Source of the DNA: Felis catus | Lineage: Eukaryota | Length of the DNA stretch: 64,000 nucleotides | Reading direction: 5' to 3' | Assembly (NCBI RefSeq): GCF_018350175.1 | Contig: NC_058368.1 | Coordinates: forward strand, 115,136,001 to 115,200,000 | Made by a program: the position numbers and the translations under genes | Notes under the pieces: model-generated | Database searches by the model: none | Told to the model about the DNA's origin: nothing | What the model saw: only the letters and a program-made list of their open reading frames with translations | Shown here: positions 26,201 through 39,904 of the stretch, piece after piece | Numbering within the stretch: the first letter of the stretch is position 1 | Layout of the letters: the number at the start of each line of letters is the position of its first letter

Positions 26201-27747
26201 AAATAAGTGGTGTATATATACAATAGAATATTACTAAGATACAGAAAAGAAAGAAATCTTTTGATTTGCAACAACATGGATGGATCTAGAGGGTATAACA
26301 CTAGGTGAAATAAATCAGTCAGAGAAAGACAAATACCATAGGCTTTTACTCATATGTGCAACTTAAGAAACAAAACAAGCAGAAGACCAAAAAACAGACA
26401 CTGACAACAAACTCAGGGTTACCAGAGGGGGTTGGGTGGGATGATGGGCAAAATATGTGAAAGGGATTAAGAGTACACTTATCATGATGAGCACTGAGTA
26501 AATATATAGAATTGCTGAATCACTATATTGTATACCTCAGAGTAATATAACACTGTGTATTATTTATGCTGGAAATAAGAATTTTTAAAAAGGTTGGTTA
26601 AAAATAAAGTGTGCAAGATCACACACTACATGTGGAATGTTACATTTATCCATTCATTCATACAAATGACATTTACCAAGCAACTACTATCTCCCAGGCC
26701 ACTATGGTAGATTCTAAAATTACAAAAAGGAATAGTAATGGCCACAGGGATAGAAAATTTTAGGGAAAGCATTCTTCAAGATACTGGAATCCTAGAAGAA
26801 ATGGTGCTCTGACACCTCAACTTTGACTCTCCTTTCTCCTGGCAGACGATGGCATGGCCTTGCTGATGCTGAATTTGATTCAACGATCTAAAAAGGATGA
26901 CAATCTAAAAAAATTCCTTTAAAGGAAGCATATAGCACAAGTTCTTTCAGAATGATCAGGTAAACCTGAAGTATAAAAGGCTAATGATATAGCAAGAATT
27001 CAAGTTTTCTCCATTCTGGCAGAACCACAGTGAACTCCACCAACCACTGTGCCTCCATCAGATAACGAAGGAGCCAGGGAAACACCATGCCAAGACATTC
27101 TGTTCTATTCCTGCTGCCCCACTTCAATAGGAGTTTCTGTATATTTGTCTAAAAAAATTAATGGGAACTTAAGTACATGAGTGTATGCGCATAATGATTT
27201 CTTGCTAACCTTAAAACCATCCAAAATGCTTCAAGGTTAAAACAAATATATCCAAAGTAGAGTGGGGAAAACTTTCTCTGGGGAGGCTTCTTGAATAAGG
27301 TTAAACCGGGGGTTAAACGAGGCAAAAAGTGAGACCCAGACTGGGAAAACAGGGAATCCAAAATAGATGGAGCTGTGTGTGCAAAGACTCAGACACACAA
27401 ACGGACAGGCTACATTCAGGAGGCCAGGAACAAAAGAAGCAGGGAGGATTGAAAAGGCTGTGAAGGCAGCCAAAGAGAAGATGAGGCCAGTTAGTGGCAA
27501 GAACAACAAGGAACTAGCAACTTCTATCCTATTCCTACGATCATGGGGTATGAAATAACTTTGTAGCATTAATCTCTGAATGTTTGGAGGGGAGAGGGTG
27601 TCTCACCTGGAGAAATTCCAAAATGATGAAACAAGAGAAAATCTTCCTGGGCAGAAGGTTAAAGCAGATCATCCCTGATAATCCCTTTACATCACCATCC
27701 CCCATACCCATTGTGTCTCCAAAACCTAGTGATTTTTCCTGCTGACT

Positions 27748-27907
27748 GTTTCTTTTTCTGAGAGAGAGAGAAAGAGGGGGAGAGAGGATCCTAAGTGGGC
27801 TATAAGCTGACAGCACAGAGCCCAATATGAGGCTCGAACTCATGGACCATGAGATCACGACCTAAGCCAAAGTCAGATGCTCAACCAACTGAGCCACCCA
27901 GGCATCC
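27748..27907 (-). mobile_element. CanSINE
   Basis: Reverse SINE ending actgagccacccaggcatccc. Confidence 0.88.
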
Positions 27908-27914
27908 CTCCTGC

Positions 27915-28570
27915 TGTCTCTTCAATTCATGCTGTCCTCCTCACCACTGCTCTTGTCCAAACCATCACCATCTCTCTTCAGGACATTGCCATAGTGTTCC
28001 AGCTGCCCTTCCCTCTACTCTTAGCTCCCAGTCCAACTGTTCTTTACAAAGAATGGTATTTTTTCCCCCAAATACAAATCTATGTCATTCCCCTGCTTCA
28101 AACCTTTTAATGGCCTACTACTCTCCAAAGAAAGATGAAAGTCTTCACACTGCTCAATGAGGCCGTCTGGTATCTAGCTCCTGCCTGCCTCTTCTGTCTC
28201 GTCCACTCCCCCTTCTTGAGGCCATGCTGACCCTTTTCCATTCCATAAAAAAAACCATGTTCATACCTACCATGAGGCCATTCCACTTGCTGTTTGCTTT
28301 GCTCTTTCCAACCCCAGCCTCCATCTCCTGATCTTTCCAATCTCAGCTAATAGTCACTTCCTCTGAGAGGCATCCTCTATTTCCCCAAACCAAATGTGGC
28401 TGCTCCCTAAATTCTTTCACAGTACCATGAAACTTTTCTTTATAGCAATTACCACAACTAGTGGTTATAGTTTAGTTTAGTTTTTTTATTCTTCTGGTAA
28501 ATATAAATAGTCCCCATTTTATTCCCAGGGCCTATCATATGGCCTAGTATTAAATCCTCAATAATTAAAA
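27915..28570 (+). mobile_element. L2 3' fragment
   Basis: atgtcattcccctgcttcaaacctttt.aatggc motif. Confidence 0.6.
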
Positions 28571-28685
28571 TTAGAAATTAAAAAGAGAAAATCCTAGCTG
28601 ATCTAGACGTGAATGGAAAGGCCAACAAAGATTTTCAGTAGGGCAAGTAGATTCCTAATAATTAGTCATGTTAATATTTTTTTTT

Positions 28686-28712
28686 TAGTAGTAGTAGTAG
28701 TAGTAGTAGTAA
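28686..28712. repeat. (TAG)n microsatellite
   Basis: tagtagtagtagtagtagtagtagt. Confidence 0.9.
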
Positions 28713-29469
28713 TGCTAGTAATAATAAAAATAGTAACAGTAGCATTTTCAATTTTCAGCCTTTTGATCAAAATTAGAAATGAACAAGAAAAAAAGAACAT
28801 GACTAAATGTTTCAAAACATAACAGGTTATATATACTATGTTAAGGTGGCCAAAGAATAGACTAGAATCTTGTGTGAACCAATTTCTTTTATTTGGGGAA
28901 AATTCCAAAATTACTCCCTTCACATAAGCCACCACAGGGGGCAAGAACAACCACAATAGCATTAACTTAAAATACAGGTTATGCTCATTTAAGATACACA
29001 AAACCAGCAATGGCAGCAACAGTGGCAGAGGCAGCAGAAAATAAGAGTATTTTAAAGGTTTCCACCCCCCTGGGAAAAAGGCCAAGTTAGAGTGCAATCT
29101 GACCTGCATCATTTTAGGGCCTCTACAAAGGGACCAGGACACTCAGAAAGAGCAAAGGCAAAAAGTTCCAAGATACACCCAGGTAAAGAGTCAGGGATTG
29201 AAATGTGGAGAGCAAGGGGACTGGCCAAAAATACCATATGGATCCTGAAAGGCCAACAAGCCTGCAAAGCCTACAGTGTCTATTTCCCTACTACTGGCTC
29301 TCTGGGGGCAAACCGCAGCCTGAAGAAACTATATCAAGAAGAAACTCTGTCCAAATTAAGTAAGACCATATCACACTTGAATTTTGACTCTCACTGAGAA
29401 TCTGTCACTGACTTTAATCACAAACCAAGACCCAGATAACAACTCCTACTTTTCCAAGGGTGGAAAATC

Positions 29470-29855
29470 TATAGTAGATTGCATTATTGTTACCAATTTT
29501 CTTCCTTCTTGCCTGTATCCACACCCTGTATCATGTGACCTTGCAGTCCCTCCTCCTAGTGGTTGAGTTTCCCACCCCGTGACTTTGAACGCGGTTTATG
29601 ACGTGCTTTGGCCAAGGGGATGTTAGCAAATGTGCCACAGAGATTTGAAATGTGCTTTATGTTTTTCCTGTCTCTTGGAATTCTACCATCATCAGGAGAA
29701 ATGTTCGCTAGCATTCTGAACTGAAAAAGATGAGAGACCCATGGAGCAAATCTGGACCCAAATTGTAGACCAAAGCTAAGCCCAGCTCAATGTAGCCATG
29801 GTCAACCAGGTCTAGCTGATCTGTAGAAACTTGAGCAAGAATACAAAACTGTATT
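29470..29855 (+). mobile_element. MaLR LTR (MLT1-type), 5' part
   Basis: catgtgaccttgcagtccctcc, tgacgtgctttggccaaggggatgttagcaaatgtg. Confidence 0.65.
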
Positions 29856-29859
29856 TCTT

Positions 29860-32350
29860 TCCTAGTTTTTTACTCTCAACTACATTTAAACTTACACAAA
29901 AGCTGCAAAAAGAATCATTTCCATACATTGCTCACACGGCCTTTCTCAATATTAATATGTTACACAGTCAGAGACAATTATCAGAACTGGGAAATTAGTA
30001 ACATTAACCAAACTGTAAAGATCCTTCTTCAAGCCTTACCAGTGTTTCCACTATGTCTTTTTTTGTTCCAGGATCCTATATGGCCTTTGGTTGTTATTTC
30101 TCCCTAGTTTCCTATCGTCTGCAACAATTGTTCAACCTTTCCGTGTCTTTCATGATCCTGACACCATCAAGGAACACTGATCAGTTTTTCAGGACTGTCT
30201 GGTGTCTTCTCATGATTAAACTGAGGTCATGCATCCTTGACAGAATCACCAAAGAAATGATGCAATGTTCTTCCTAGCACATCATATCACAAAGTGTATG
30301 GTGTTAATATGTCTTATGACTGTTGATGTTGGCCTTGATCAACTAATAAAAGTAGTATCTACTGAGCTTTTCCATGATAGTAAACAAAAATCATAGCAAA
30401 CTACCAAACTGAGAAAAACAGCTTGGCAGTTTCTCAACAACTTAAACAAAGAGTTACCATATGAACCCAGCAACTCCACATCTAGGTATATACGCAAGAA
30501 AACTTAAAAGCATATGTTCACCAAAAACTTGTACATGAATGCTCATTGCAGCATTATTTATAATAGCTACAATGTGGAAACAACACAAATGTTCACCAAC
30601 TGACGAATGAATAAAGAAAATGTGGTATATACAAATAGTGGAATACTCAAGAAACGAAATACTGACATATACAACGTGGATTAACCTAGAACACATTATG
30701 CTAAGTTAAAGAAGACAGATATAAAGCGTCACATATCATACAGTTCTTTTTAAATGAAATTCCAGAATAGGCCAATCAAAAAACACAGATTATTGGTTGT
30801 CAGGAGCCAGGGGGAAGAAGGAAAGGGAAATGACTGCTAATGGAAATGGGGTTTCTTTCTGGGTGATGAAAATGTTCTGGAATTAGACAGTGGTGATGGT
30901 TGCACAGTACTGTGTATATACTAAAACCCACTGAATTGCTTAAAAAAAACTATAAGGGAAATACTTTGAGATTATACAAATCCCTTTTCTCCTCAAACCA
31001 CACCATTAGGGGAATCCTTCTGCAACAATTACCACTCTGGTGACAGTCTAATGGCAATTTTCTACTTCCCTCCTTCCTTATACCTTAATTGAAATTTCAA
31101 GTACAGTAAGAAGTATGGCATAATGAATACATATATCTACATCACTTAGACTTCACTGTTTCTTTTTGCCAGATTTGCTTAAACTTTTTGTACTATGCAA
31201 TGTCGCAAACAGAAACATCACACACAAAAAAAGAAATATTACAATATGTTCAGTATGCATCTCTAAAAAATATAAAGAAAATTTGCTACAAATAAAATAG
31301 CGAGAGGGAGAAGAAACAAAGCAAAGGAAAGAAAAAGAAGGAAAAGAAAAAGAAAGAAAGAAAAAGCAACTTCCTTACAAGGAAAAACTGTCAGTCCTCC
31401 ATCTATTTAATTATTTACTTAGACCAGTATGGTCTTGTGGATATTTTATTCTGTGAGTTGTAATTCAATTCTATATTATTTATTTTGTTGCCCAGTTATT
31501 TCAGCTTGGCCAATTAGCAATTCTTTCAGGTTGGCTCTTGTATTCCTTAAACAAGTTCCTTTCCCCCATCATTTTCTCTTTCAACTATTTCCTTACTTTC
31601 TGGTTTCAGAAAATGTCCCAAGTTCATCTTGTCTTTTCCTTCCCCTCCCCTAGAATCAACTACTTCTCAAGGAACCCTTGTTTCTTTTACTGAAGAGTAG
31701 TATTTAGAAACCAAGATCTGGGTCATAGTTACGCTCATTACAACTAAGGTTATCATAGCTTTTAGACCCTGTCAATAGAAATAACTAAGAAATTTGTGTA
31801 TGTGTATACATTTATATATATGCTCATATACACATCCCTATTTCTTTGTCTATGTGTATATTTATTAAAAACTTCAAGTTTATAATGACATCTCACATTT
31901 CAATCTAACACCACAGAGTTCATTTGTCTTCTCCCTTTCCTTACTTGTAACTTCTTTCTCCAACAGAGAGAAACTTGGCTCTTACTATCTGCAATATATT
32001 TACTGTTCAATTCTAACATAAATATACTTTCAAAATTGCTAGCCCATACCCCTATGAGAAACACATTTACTCAACTAGATTACAGTATTTATGTGAGTTC
32101 TTTTATCTATGACTTTACGGTATCTACTCAAGAGATCTTTTCACAAAGTCACTTAGGTTATTTCCTTTCTTCCTCACCCACTGTAATGTGATTATGTTAT
32201 TAACGTGTAATACTTGGTTCACTTGTTTGTGTCTGTATTCTATTTTGTGGTTCCCACTCATTCACACACTGGTTGGTTTAAGTGTTTATTTGGGGCATCT
32301 AAAGGATATGTGAACTATTTCTAGAGTTCTAAGACAGAGCTATACAAAAA
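29860..32350 (-). mobile_element. Old L1M 3' UTR, interrupted by another L1
   Basis: ttgttccaggatcct, tctcatgattaaactgaggtcatgc and, after the interruption, atactttgagattatacaaat motifs. Confidence 0.65.
30400..30945 (+). mobile_element. L1MB-type 3' end nested in the older L1
   Basis: gagttaccatatgaacccagcaactccac...gatgaaaatgttctggaattagacagtggtgatggttgcaca. Confidence 0.82.
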
Positions 32351-32614
32351 GAAATCATTGTTGTTTTAAGCCAAGTTTTGCGGTGGTTTGTTTACTGTGA
32401 CGATTCATTCCAATGGCTCTGAAACAAGGGATTCAAAAGTGTCCAATACAATGAACAGTTCTTTTTTTTTCCCTGAAATTACATAGTTTTTACCTTTTTA
32501 GTGTTTAAATGCCCCTTTATAAACTGAGCAAATGATTATGATGGATGATAGTGGGTTGTTTCATGTTAAGCCTCTTAGCAAAGTAAAGAAGCTGGCCTTT
32601 TGTGTCTAAAATTT

Positions 32615-32848
32615 GTTTTTTAAAAAAATTTTTAATGCTTATTTATTTCTGAGAGAAAGAGAGAGAGACACACACACACACAGAGCACAGTGCAGAAGGG
32701 GCAGACAGGAGACACAGAATCTGAAGCAGGCTCCAGGCTCCGAGCAGTCAGCATAGAGTCCCACACGGGGTTTGAATCTACAAACCATGAAATCATGACC
32801 CAAGCCGAAGTCAGACACTTAACCAACTGAGCTACCCAGACACCTCCT
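32615..32848 (-). mobile_element. CanSINE
   Basis: Reverse SINE; flanking aaaatttg repeat. Confidence 0.9.
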
Positions 32849-33189
32849 CCAAAATTTGCTTTTAAACTTTTTCTTATCCATCAAACACCACAGTCTGAAA
32901 ACTACCCATGTATTCTACCAACCTTCTCTAGGATATTTGAGAATTATTCCCATTATACACTTTAAATTAGTTTATTTTATGGCATATAATTTGTATCTCA
33001 ATTAAAATGTTTAAAAAATTCATTTCCTTGAATAAAGCACTACCTTCTCCTTTTGAATCCCAGAATAGCAATTAGTCTATCAGGTACAGTCCAAGGTGAC
33101 ACCAAATACTTCTAGGGGCCAAGACAGAGAGCTAAGCACAGAGCCTACACAGCCCCAGGATACTTGAGTATGGTATGAAGAAGAAAATG

Positions 33190-33355
33190 TGGGCACCTAG
33201 GTGGCTCAGTCGGTTGAGTGTCCCACACTTAACTTCGGTTCAGGTCATGATCCCAGGGTCGTGGGATCAAGCCCTGCACTAGGATTCTCTCATTCTCTCC
33301 CTTGCTCTTCTCCCCGACTCACACTCTCTCTCTAAAATAAAATTTAAAAAAGAAG
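33190..33355 (+). mobile_element. CanSINE (shorter, older variant)
   Basis: gggcacctaggtggctcagtcggttgag...catgatcccagggtcgtgggatcaagcc. Confidence 0.85.
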
Positions 33356-35422
33356 AAGAAAATGGACCAAAGAAAGCCTGAGGCCATAAAGGCCTCTTCT
33401 TCCACCTGGGCAAGAGGAACCCTGGTAGAAGCACAGGTAACAAACAGTGGACCAAGGGGTAGGAGCCAACAGAAATGTCCACAGGAGGCAGGCAAGTATG
33501 AGAGATGAATGAGAAGGGCCATCTACAAAAGACAGTGGTGAGGGCTGAGAAAAACGCTCCCTCTAAAAGCGTCAAACTTTAAAATATAAAAGCCAAACAA
33601 ATTTTATCTTTAAGTGGAATTCAGCCCACAGCCAATTTGTGACTACTGGAAAAGATCTTTCACCTGACAAATTTTGCATGGTCAGTGTTTGTCCCAACTC
33701 ATCCCAGTTCCTAGTGATGAGAAACTTGCTCTACCGGGACTCACAACGGTAGGGTCCTCCTTGGGTAGTACCCACAGTGAGGATACCATGCAGCCTGGTT
33801 GCCCTGCTTCAGCAGAGGCAAGGCCAATGCAGATGGATGCCATGGTGCTCTTGTTTCTGCCTTGCCATTAGATGCCTCAGCAGGTACATGGCTTTGGGAA
33901 GGGTGACAAGTATGGGCTGTCCTCTCTAGGCTTGTGCCTGGAAACCTCTCCCTCCACAGACTTCTAGACTCTTTCAAGTCCTACCTGGATGCAATTACAA
34001 TGCAGGATAATCAAGGGTTATCCTGACACGGCCTGCTCAGATGAGAGCTGGCCATGCAACCATGAGCCCTCGAACTCCGCTACCCACTCAGCTCTGCTTT
34101 TGAAGGCTGGGTGAATTTAGCCAAATTCCTTTTTCTTTCTGAATCTTCATGCCCTTCTGTGCCAAATGAAAAGAATCTACTGTGTCTGCTTTCACTAATG
34201 TGTTAGATTGTTGTGAAGAACAAATGAGAAAATACTGTGTCAGTGTTCTGAAGAAGTTAAAAGGGCTTCAGGGAACAGCCCCAAAAAGGTAAATGTCAAC
34301 CAGGATGAAACAAAGACATCTTATTTATCAAGTCCTATGGGTATGTGTCAACAAGAATAAAAATACCAGATTATGCTGAGTTTCTGAGGGGCAAGAACCA
34401 ATTACTCGTGTCTACAGCTCAGGCTCAACATCAAGCACAGTAGGCTTCCAGAAAGGTCAGTTTGAATGGCAGCCCCCTGCCTTGGCCACCCCCAGAATCT
34501 AAGGAGGACTACGGAACAGGAAGCAGTGCCACTCACCTCACTAGGGCCTCCCAGCCCCTAACCAGGGCTGGTCAGAGCTGAGACTTTACAGGCCCAGTTG
34601 CCATGACTACGACAGCCCTCTCCTTCTGCTTTTTTATTCAAAACCCCCAAACAAGTCCTGGCAAGATCCCTGCCTCACACAAATGAGCATCTATCCTGTC
34701 TCTCAGGCCAAACTTGAACTGAACCACTAACAAAAAAAAATGTGCACAAACCTCTCTGGAGTGCTGAACCCTGAACCAATGCTTAATGTAAAGGGTAACA
34801 CAAATAAAAATTTATTTTTTTATGAACAGTGAAACATACAGCAAACCAGTTTGGATTGTAGTTATATTTATGCTTTTTTAAAAAGTACATAACAATGAAA
34901 AAATGAGAAAAAAATTAAAATATTCTCCAAACTGAATTTTCACTCTTGAGTCACAGAATCCAAGAGAATCCAAGAGTTATCTGGTATGGCTTCCACGCAA
35001 GAGTGGAAATCCCTCACCTGCATTAAAGCCCCTTAGAACAAGAGGCTCCACAGTTTTCCTCAGGGAACAGCTACCCTGACAGCTCCCACCACCTTCCAGC
35101 ACTACCCTCCAAAATATCATCTGCTGGGACCTATGCACGGTCTCCTTCCCAGTCCAGAAGGAGGACAGACAACAGGTGGTCACCAACCGCTACCTACAGA
35201 ATTCACAAGAGCAGTGTTCTTCAAGGACTAGCAATGCTACTTAGAAGACTTCCTGTGTTACAGTCAGAGAAGTACAGGACAAAGGCTCAAAGTAACCATA
35301 TGGAGGACACAGTCAGACTCTTTTCATAACTGGCTTTTCAACAAGCATTTACTCAGGGTTGGGCAAGAGCCTGCTCTTTTCTAAGCATCCTTTCTACCAC
35401 ATCTTATTGCACACCCACTGAG

Positions 35423-35461
35423 GGCCACTTGCTGTGTTGGCCACTTGCTGTGTTGGCCACT
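35423..35461. repeat. 16-bp tandem duplication (ggccacttgctgtgtt x2.4)
   Basis: Exact direct repeat visible in the sequence. Confidence 0.9.
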
Positions 35462-37853
35462 GGGAAGAATACCACATAAATAAGACCAACTGCTGCCATT
35501 GAGGAGTAGGAAGTAAATGAAGAAAAGGGGTAGTAACATTCCGAGTTCCAAGTCCAGAGAAGACCTTTCAAGCAAGCAAAGAAATGAGCATATTTAGGGT
35601 GCTATGAGTAACTCCATTTGAAGCATTTGGAGATCAGCATATAAAACAGGAATACAAGAACCAAGGAGGCTAGTTGAAAAGCAATCGTACTTGTCCCAAT
35701 CACACATAATAAAGCCTGAACCAGGGGAACGGGTAGCATGAGAAAGTAATAAGGAGTAATATTTTGACCACACAAACTAGGAATCCTATCATGGCTGCCC
35801 ATCTCCCCTCCCATAAAAGCACCAGCCCTTTAATCATGTGCAGCAACTTTCCCACCAGCCCAGGATACCTGTCAGAGACCTCAAATTTAAAGCCAGGGAT
35901 GGAGTAAAGCAGAACAGTGGTGAGGGGCAGAGGAGTTACTTTTCCCCACAGACGCACAATGAGTTTTCCATGTCTGTCTCCTGGGCTGCTGATTGCCTCT
36001 GTCCTTCTATTTCTACCTTCAATCTTTACCATATTCCTCTTTAGCTTAGACGAAAACCCAGTAAGTGAGACTAATAGATATAGCACAGCCTTTTAATCAG
36101 AGCACTTGGGATATTGTATCCATGCTGGAAATCAGGTTTTCAATAACCCTGTTGACTGTTACAGTCTACTAATTCCTGTCATTTCTCTCTTTTTAAAGAT
36201 ATACTCCCACCCAACCCCTACTTTCTCAACTGTACAAAATCTTGAATATATTCAGACTTCAGTCTATTCCCATTGAGCACACATGTGTTGGAGGTGAAGA
36301 AGGCCCAAGAAAATTCAAAGAGAAAGGGAATCACCAAGAGGCCAAAGGCCTGGCAGTCAGAAATAAATCACAGTACATCCCAACATTTTTTCCAGTCCTC
36401 TAAACCCATCTAATAATTATTAAGTCAAATAAAACTGCATCTGTAAAAGTCTCAGTGTAACTGATATTAACCACAAAAGACTGGCAATGAGCTTCACTCA
36501 ATAATGAGGTGGGGGGAAAATGCCAAGATGGAAATGAAGGAGTTAAACGTACCCATTTCCCAGAGGCAAGGGGCCTTGGCTCTACTACTGCTCATTTTCT
36601 GGAGGGGACTCTTGGGGATTCCAGAGTACATTTCCAACCCAGGCACAATTTCATTAGCAGCTCATTAGCAGGAGTGGCAACCATTTCTGACTCGACTTTT
36701 TCATAATATTTATTGGTTAATTGACACTTTGAACACAGGTTGACTGAGAACCAAATGAAAGCACTAAAACCACTCATTAGTCAAATTTAAAACACAAAGA
36801 TTATATTCTAAACATACCCTTTGTTCTCATTTATTTTCCTCAAACAGAAGTCATAATTTAATAAGGGGGTTAAAAAAGCCTAGTGTGAAGATATTGTACT
36901 TTAATATTTAATCCTCTTTCCCACCCCATTAATCCCCAGGGTTCCTGACATCATAATTGGCTCTGTTTGTTCTCTTTTACAGCACCTGTTACCTCTAGGG
37001 CCAAATGTGGCTCTATGAATTATTTCAAAACAAGTATTGGTGACTCCTGACCTCTACAATTTCCCCAAGGCCTGCTGAAAAAGCCCCTCACCTTGGATGC
37101 TCCCTCCAGTGGAAAGAGAAGAAATCCACAGGTATGAATGGAACAAAATTCCTAGGGCAGAATTTCTCTCTAGATCAGTTCTAAAGGATGGAATTCTTAA
37201 ATCTCTCCCTTTTGGTGGGGAGGGGAGAGCAGTGGAGGTGGCATGCAAACCTGAATGGGAAATGAGGCAGATGGAAAAACAGAGTGCAGGGAAGGCAGTC
37301 AAGGAAACAACTGGCCCGGGGACCCTCCCCTACCATCGTGGGAGGACCTCCTTTAATCACAGCCAACATGCACAACAACATGAGGTCACCCGAGACTTAT
37401 TTCACCTAAGTATAATGGCCATCCCAATTTGTTGCCTCTTAACTTAGTATTTGGCATCATCAGTATTAAAAGACCTACTAAGTAGTGCTGTGCTTTGCTT
37501 TCTTCACTTCTACTGCTAGGTTCACCAGAAGGAGCTACAAGCCCCTAACATCTAGGTGACCTGGGCAGCTGTCCAGTGCAGTGGTAGAAGGGAGCGGGTG
37601 AGGAAGAGGAAGACACAGGTTCCAGTTCCACCACATGATATCTCCTAGAACTTGAGAAAATAACCTCTGTGGCCCATGTACAGAATGGGGCTCAGAGTAG
37701 CCACTCCAAAGAGTTCACTGTGAGGAGTAAGAAAGAATATATGTGGGATGCTTAGGGCTGATTCCACAGAGCCCTCAATAATGGTGTTTGCCATTATTGG
37801 TGGAACCCTCAATAATGGTGTTTGCCTCAATAATGGTGTTTGCCAGGCACCTA

Positions 37854-38055
37854 GGGGTGCCTGGGGGGGGCTGTCGATTAAGGGTCCAACTCTTTATTTC
37901 AGCTCAAGTCATGATCTCACGGTGTGAGTTTAAGCCTCACATCGGGCTTTGGGCTGACAGCACGTATGGAGCCTGCTTGAGATGCTCATTCTCTCTCTAC
38001 AAGAGCTACTTGCACATGCTCTTTCTCTCTCTCAAATAAATAAACTTAAAAAAAA
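37854..38055 (+). mobile_element. CanSINE with complex 5' junction
   Basis: ggggtgcctggggggg head; target site aataatggtgtttgcc repeated. Confidence 0.9.
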
Positions 38056-38913
38056 ATAATGGTGTTTGCCTGGCTCTTCCCGCTCTGTGCATGGTTTTTC
38101 CAGCTATGAGACAGGGACTAGTGCCATGATAGATGGTCACACTGAGTGTTGACAAACTCTTAGAATATATGATTGAGTTCTGTAGAGATGTGTCCATGAT
38201 TTTTGTAGAATTTTCAAGTCAGATTGCCTCATTAAGGCTACAAAAAGTTAAGTAACAATAAAGGCTTTAGGACATCCAAATTGAGAGGGTAGCAAATGAG
38301 CCACTTAAACCAGACCTGTACCACACCAAAAACACCCATATTACAGCTTTCCTTGACTGGGGCCACCAGCAGGCTAACCAAATCCATTTAAGACGGGGAG
38401 GTCTCTATCCCACTCCCCAAGACATCAGAACAGAAAGCAAAGAAGCTACATCCAGCAGCATAACCTTAGCAAACATGGGGAGGAATGAAATGAGAACAGC
38501 TGCCAACCAGCAACAAGGGAGAAGGGTTTTGGGTTTCCCGATAAACTTAACTCAATCACAGGCTTCAGTCTGTTTTGCAACAATGTACCATAAAAGCTTA
38601 TAAAAGCAGCTGCCCTGGCTCTAGTTCCTCAAGGGACTATGCTGGCAGGTGCCCACCCAAGCATGGGCGAAGATGCCTGGATGTTTTGGGCCACTGGGCA
38701 CAAGGCTGGCGCTCCAGCAAATCTGTGTATACTTCAGACAAGCAGCCTGTTCCACACCACCACTCCATCCTCACAGCTGATGCTGGCTCTGGCTGGGCCT
38801 CCTCACAATGCTCCCAATCCTGAGCACCTAATGTGAATGTTGCAACCGTCATTTGATTACATATATTCTACCCACTGTACACGAAAGCTGTGCTTAGAAG
38901 TTCTGGCCTAGGT

Positions 38914-39148
38914 TGAGGCACCTGGGTTGCTCAGTCAAGCCTCTGACTTCGGCTCAGGTCATGATCTCATGGTTCATGGGTTCAAGCCTCGCATTGGGCT
39001 CTGTGCTGACAGCTTGGAACGGAGCCTGGAACCTGCTTCGAATTCTGTGTCTCCCTCTCTCTCTCTGCCCCTCCCCTGCTAGTATTCTCTCTCTCTCTCT
39101 CTCTCTCTCTCCCAAAAATAAACAAACATTAAAGAAAAAAAATTTTTA
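38914..39148 (+). mobile_element. CanSINE
   Basis: TSD agaagttctggcctaggt. Confidence 0.93.
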
Positions 39149-39699
39149 AGAAGTTCTGGCCTAGGTACTCCCTCCCACCCTTAAGTGGATTCATTCCCTA
39201 CTGACTACTTTTGGTGTGAATCCCTGTTGACAGAAATCACCTCCCAAAAAGCCATCTCCAAGACACCCTCTAACACCCTCTTTCTACATCCCATTTCAAA
39301 TTTTTAAAGGAAACGGCAAATTCTTCAAAACTCCAGGGATGCCAGTAACCTGAGCTAGAAGCAACCCTAGGAGATCATGAGAGCTAATCTCCACTGAAAA
39401 GACAGATGGTCTTGTGCTGTACCTCCTGCTATTGCACATAGGCAAAGAATCACCCAAGGACAACTCTCCTGGCATTTTCCTTCTTAAAAATCTTTAGTGG
39501 TTCTTTGCTGCGCTCCAAAGTACCAATACCCCTGCTGGGGTCCAAGCCCCACCTAATCCAGTAAGGCCCCTGCTGATCTCTGCCCCATCTTCCCTCATCC
39601 ACAGGTACCTCACACTCTAGCCAAACACATTCTATGCTTTCCTCTGTCCTTGATATTACCTCCTTCATTGCTTTTAGGCTGTTAAAATCAAATCCTTTT

Positions 39700-39904
39700 T
39701 TAAAAAATATTTATTTATATTTGAGAGATAGAGACAGAGTGTGAACAGGGGAGGGGCAGAGAGAGAGGGAGACAGAATCCGAAGCAGGCTCCAGACTCTG
39801 AGCTGTCAGCACAAAGCCCGATGCAGGGCTCGAACCCAAGAACTGCGAGATCATGACCTGAGCTGAAGCTGGACACTTAACCGACTGAGCAACCCAGGCG
39901 CCCC
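39700..39904 (-). mobile_element. CanSINE
   Basis: Reverse SINE; TSD tcaaatcc. Confidence 0.92.

Larger units (their letters stand above)
23410..26608 (+). mobile_element. 5'-truncated L1 (ORF2 RT/C-terminal region plus 3' UTR), carnivore-type, interrupted by three SINEs
   Basis: ORF2 remnants (ctatttgcagatgacatgata = [48 protein letters not shown]); 3' UTR and A-rich end. Confidence 0.92.

Noticed and set aside
28666..29142. 158-aa hydrophobic ORF
   Set aside because: Runs through a (TAG)n microsatellite and AT-rich sequence; no homology recognised.
37772..37844. Short direct repeats resembling a mini CRISPR array
   Set aside because: Mammalian intron, spacers absent or irregular, no cas genes; the unit is the adjacent SINE's target site.
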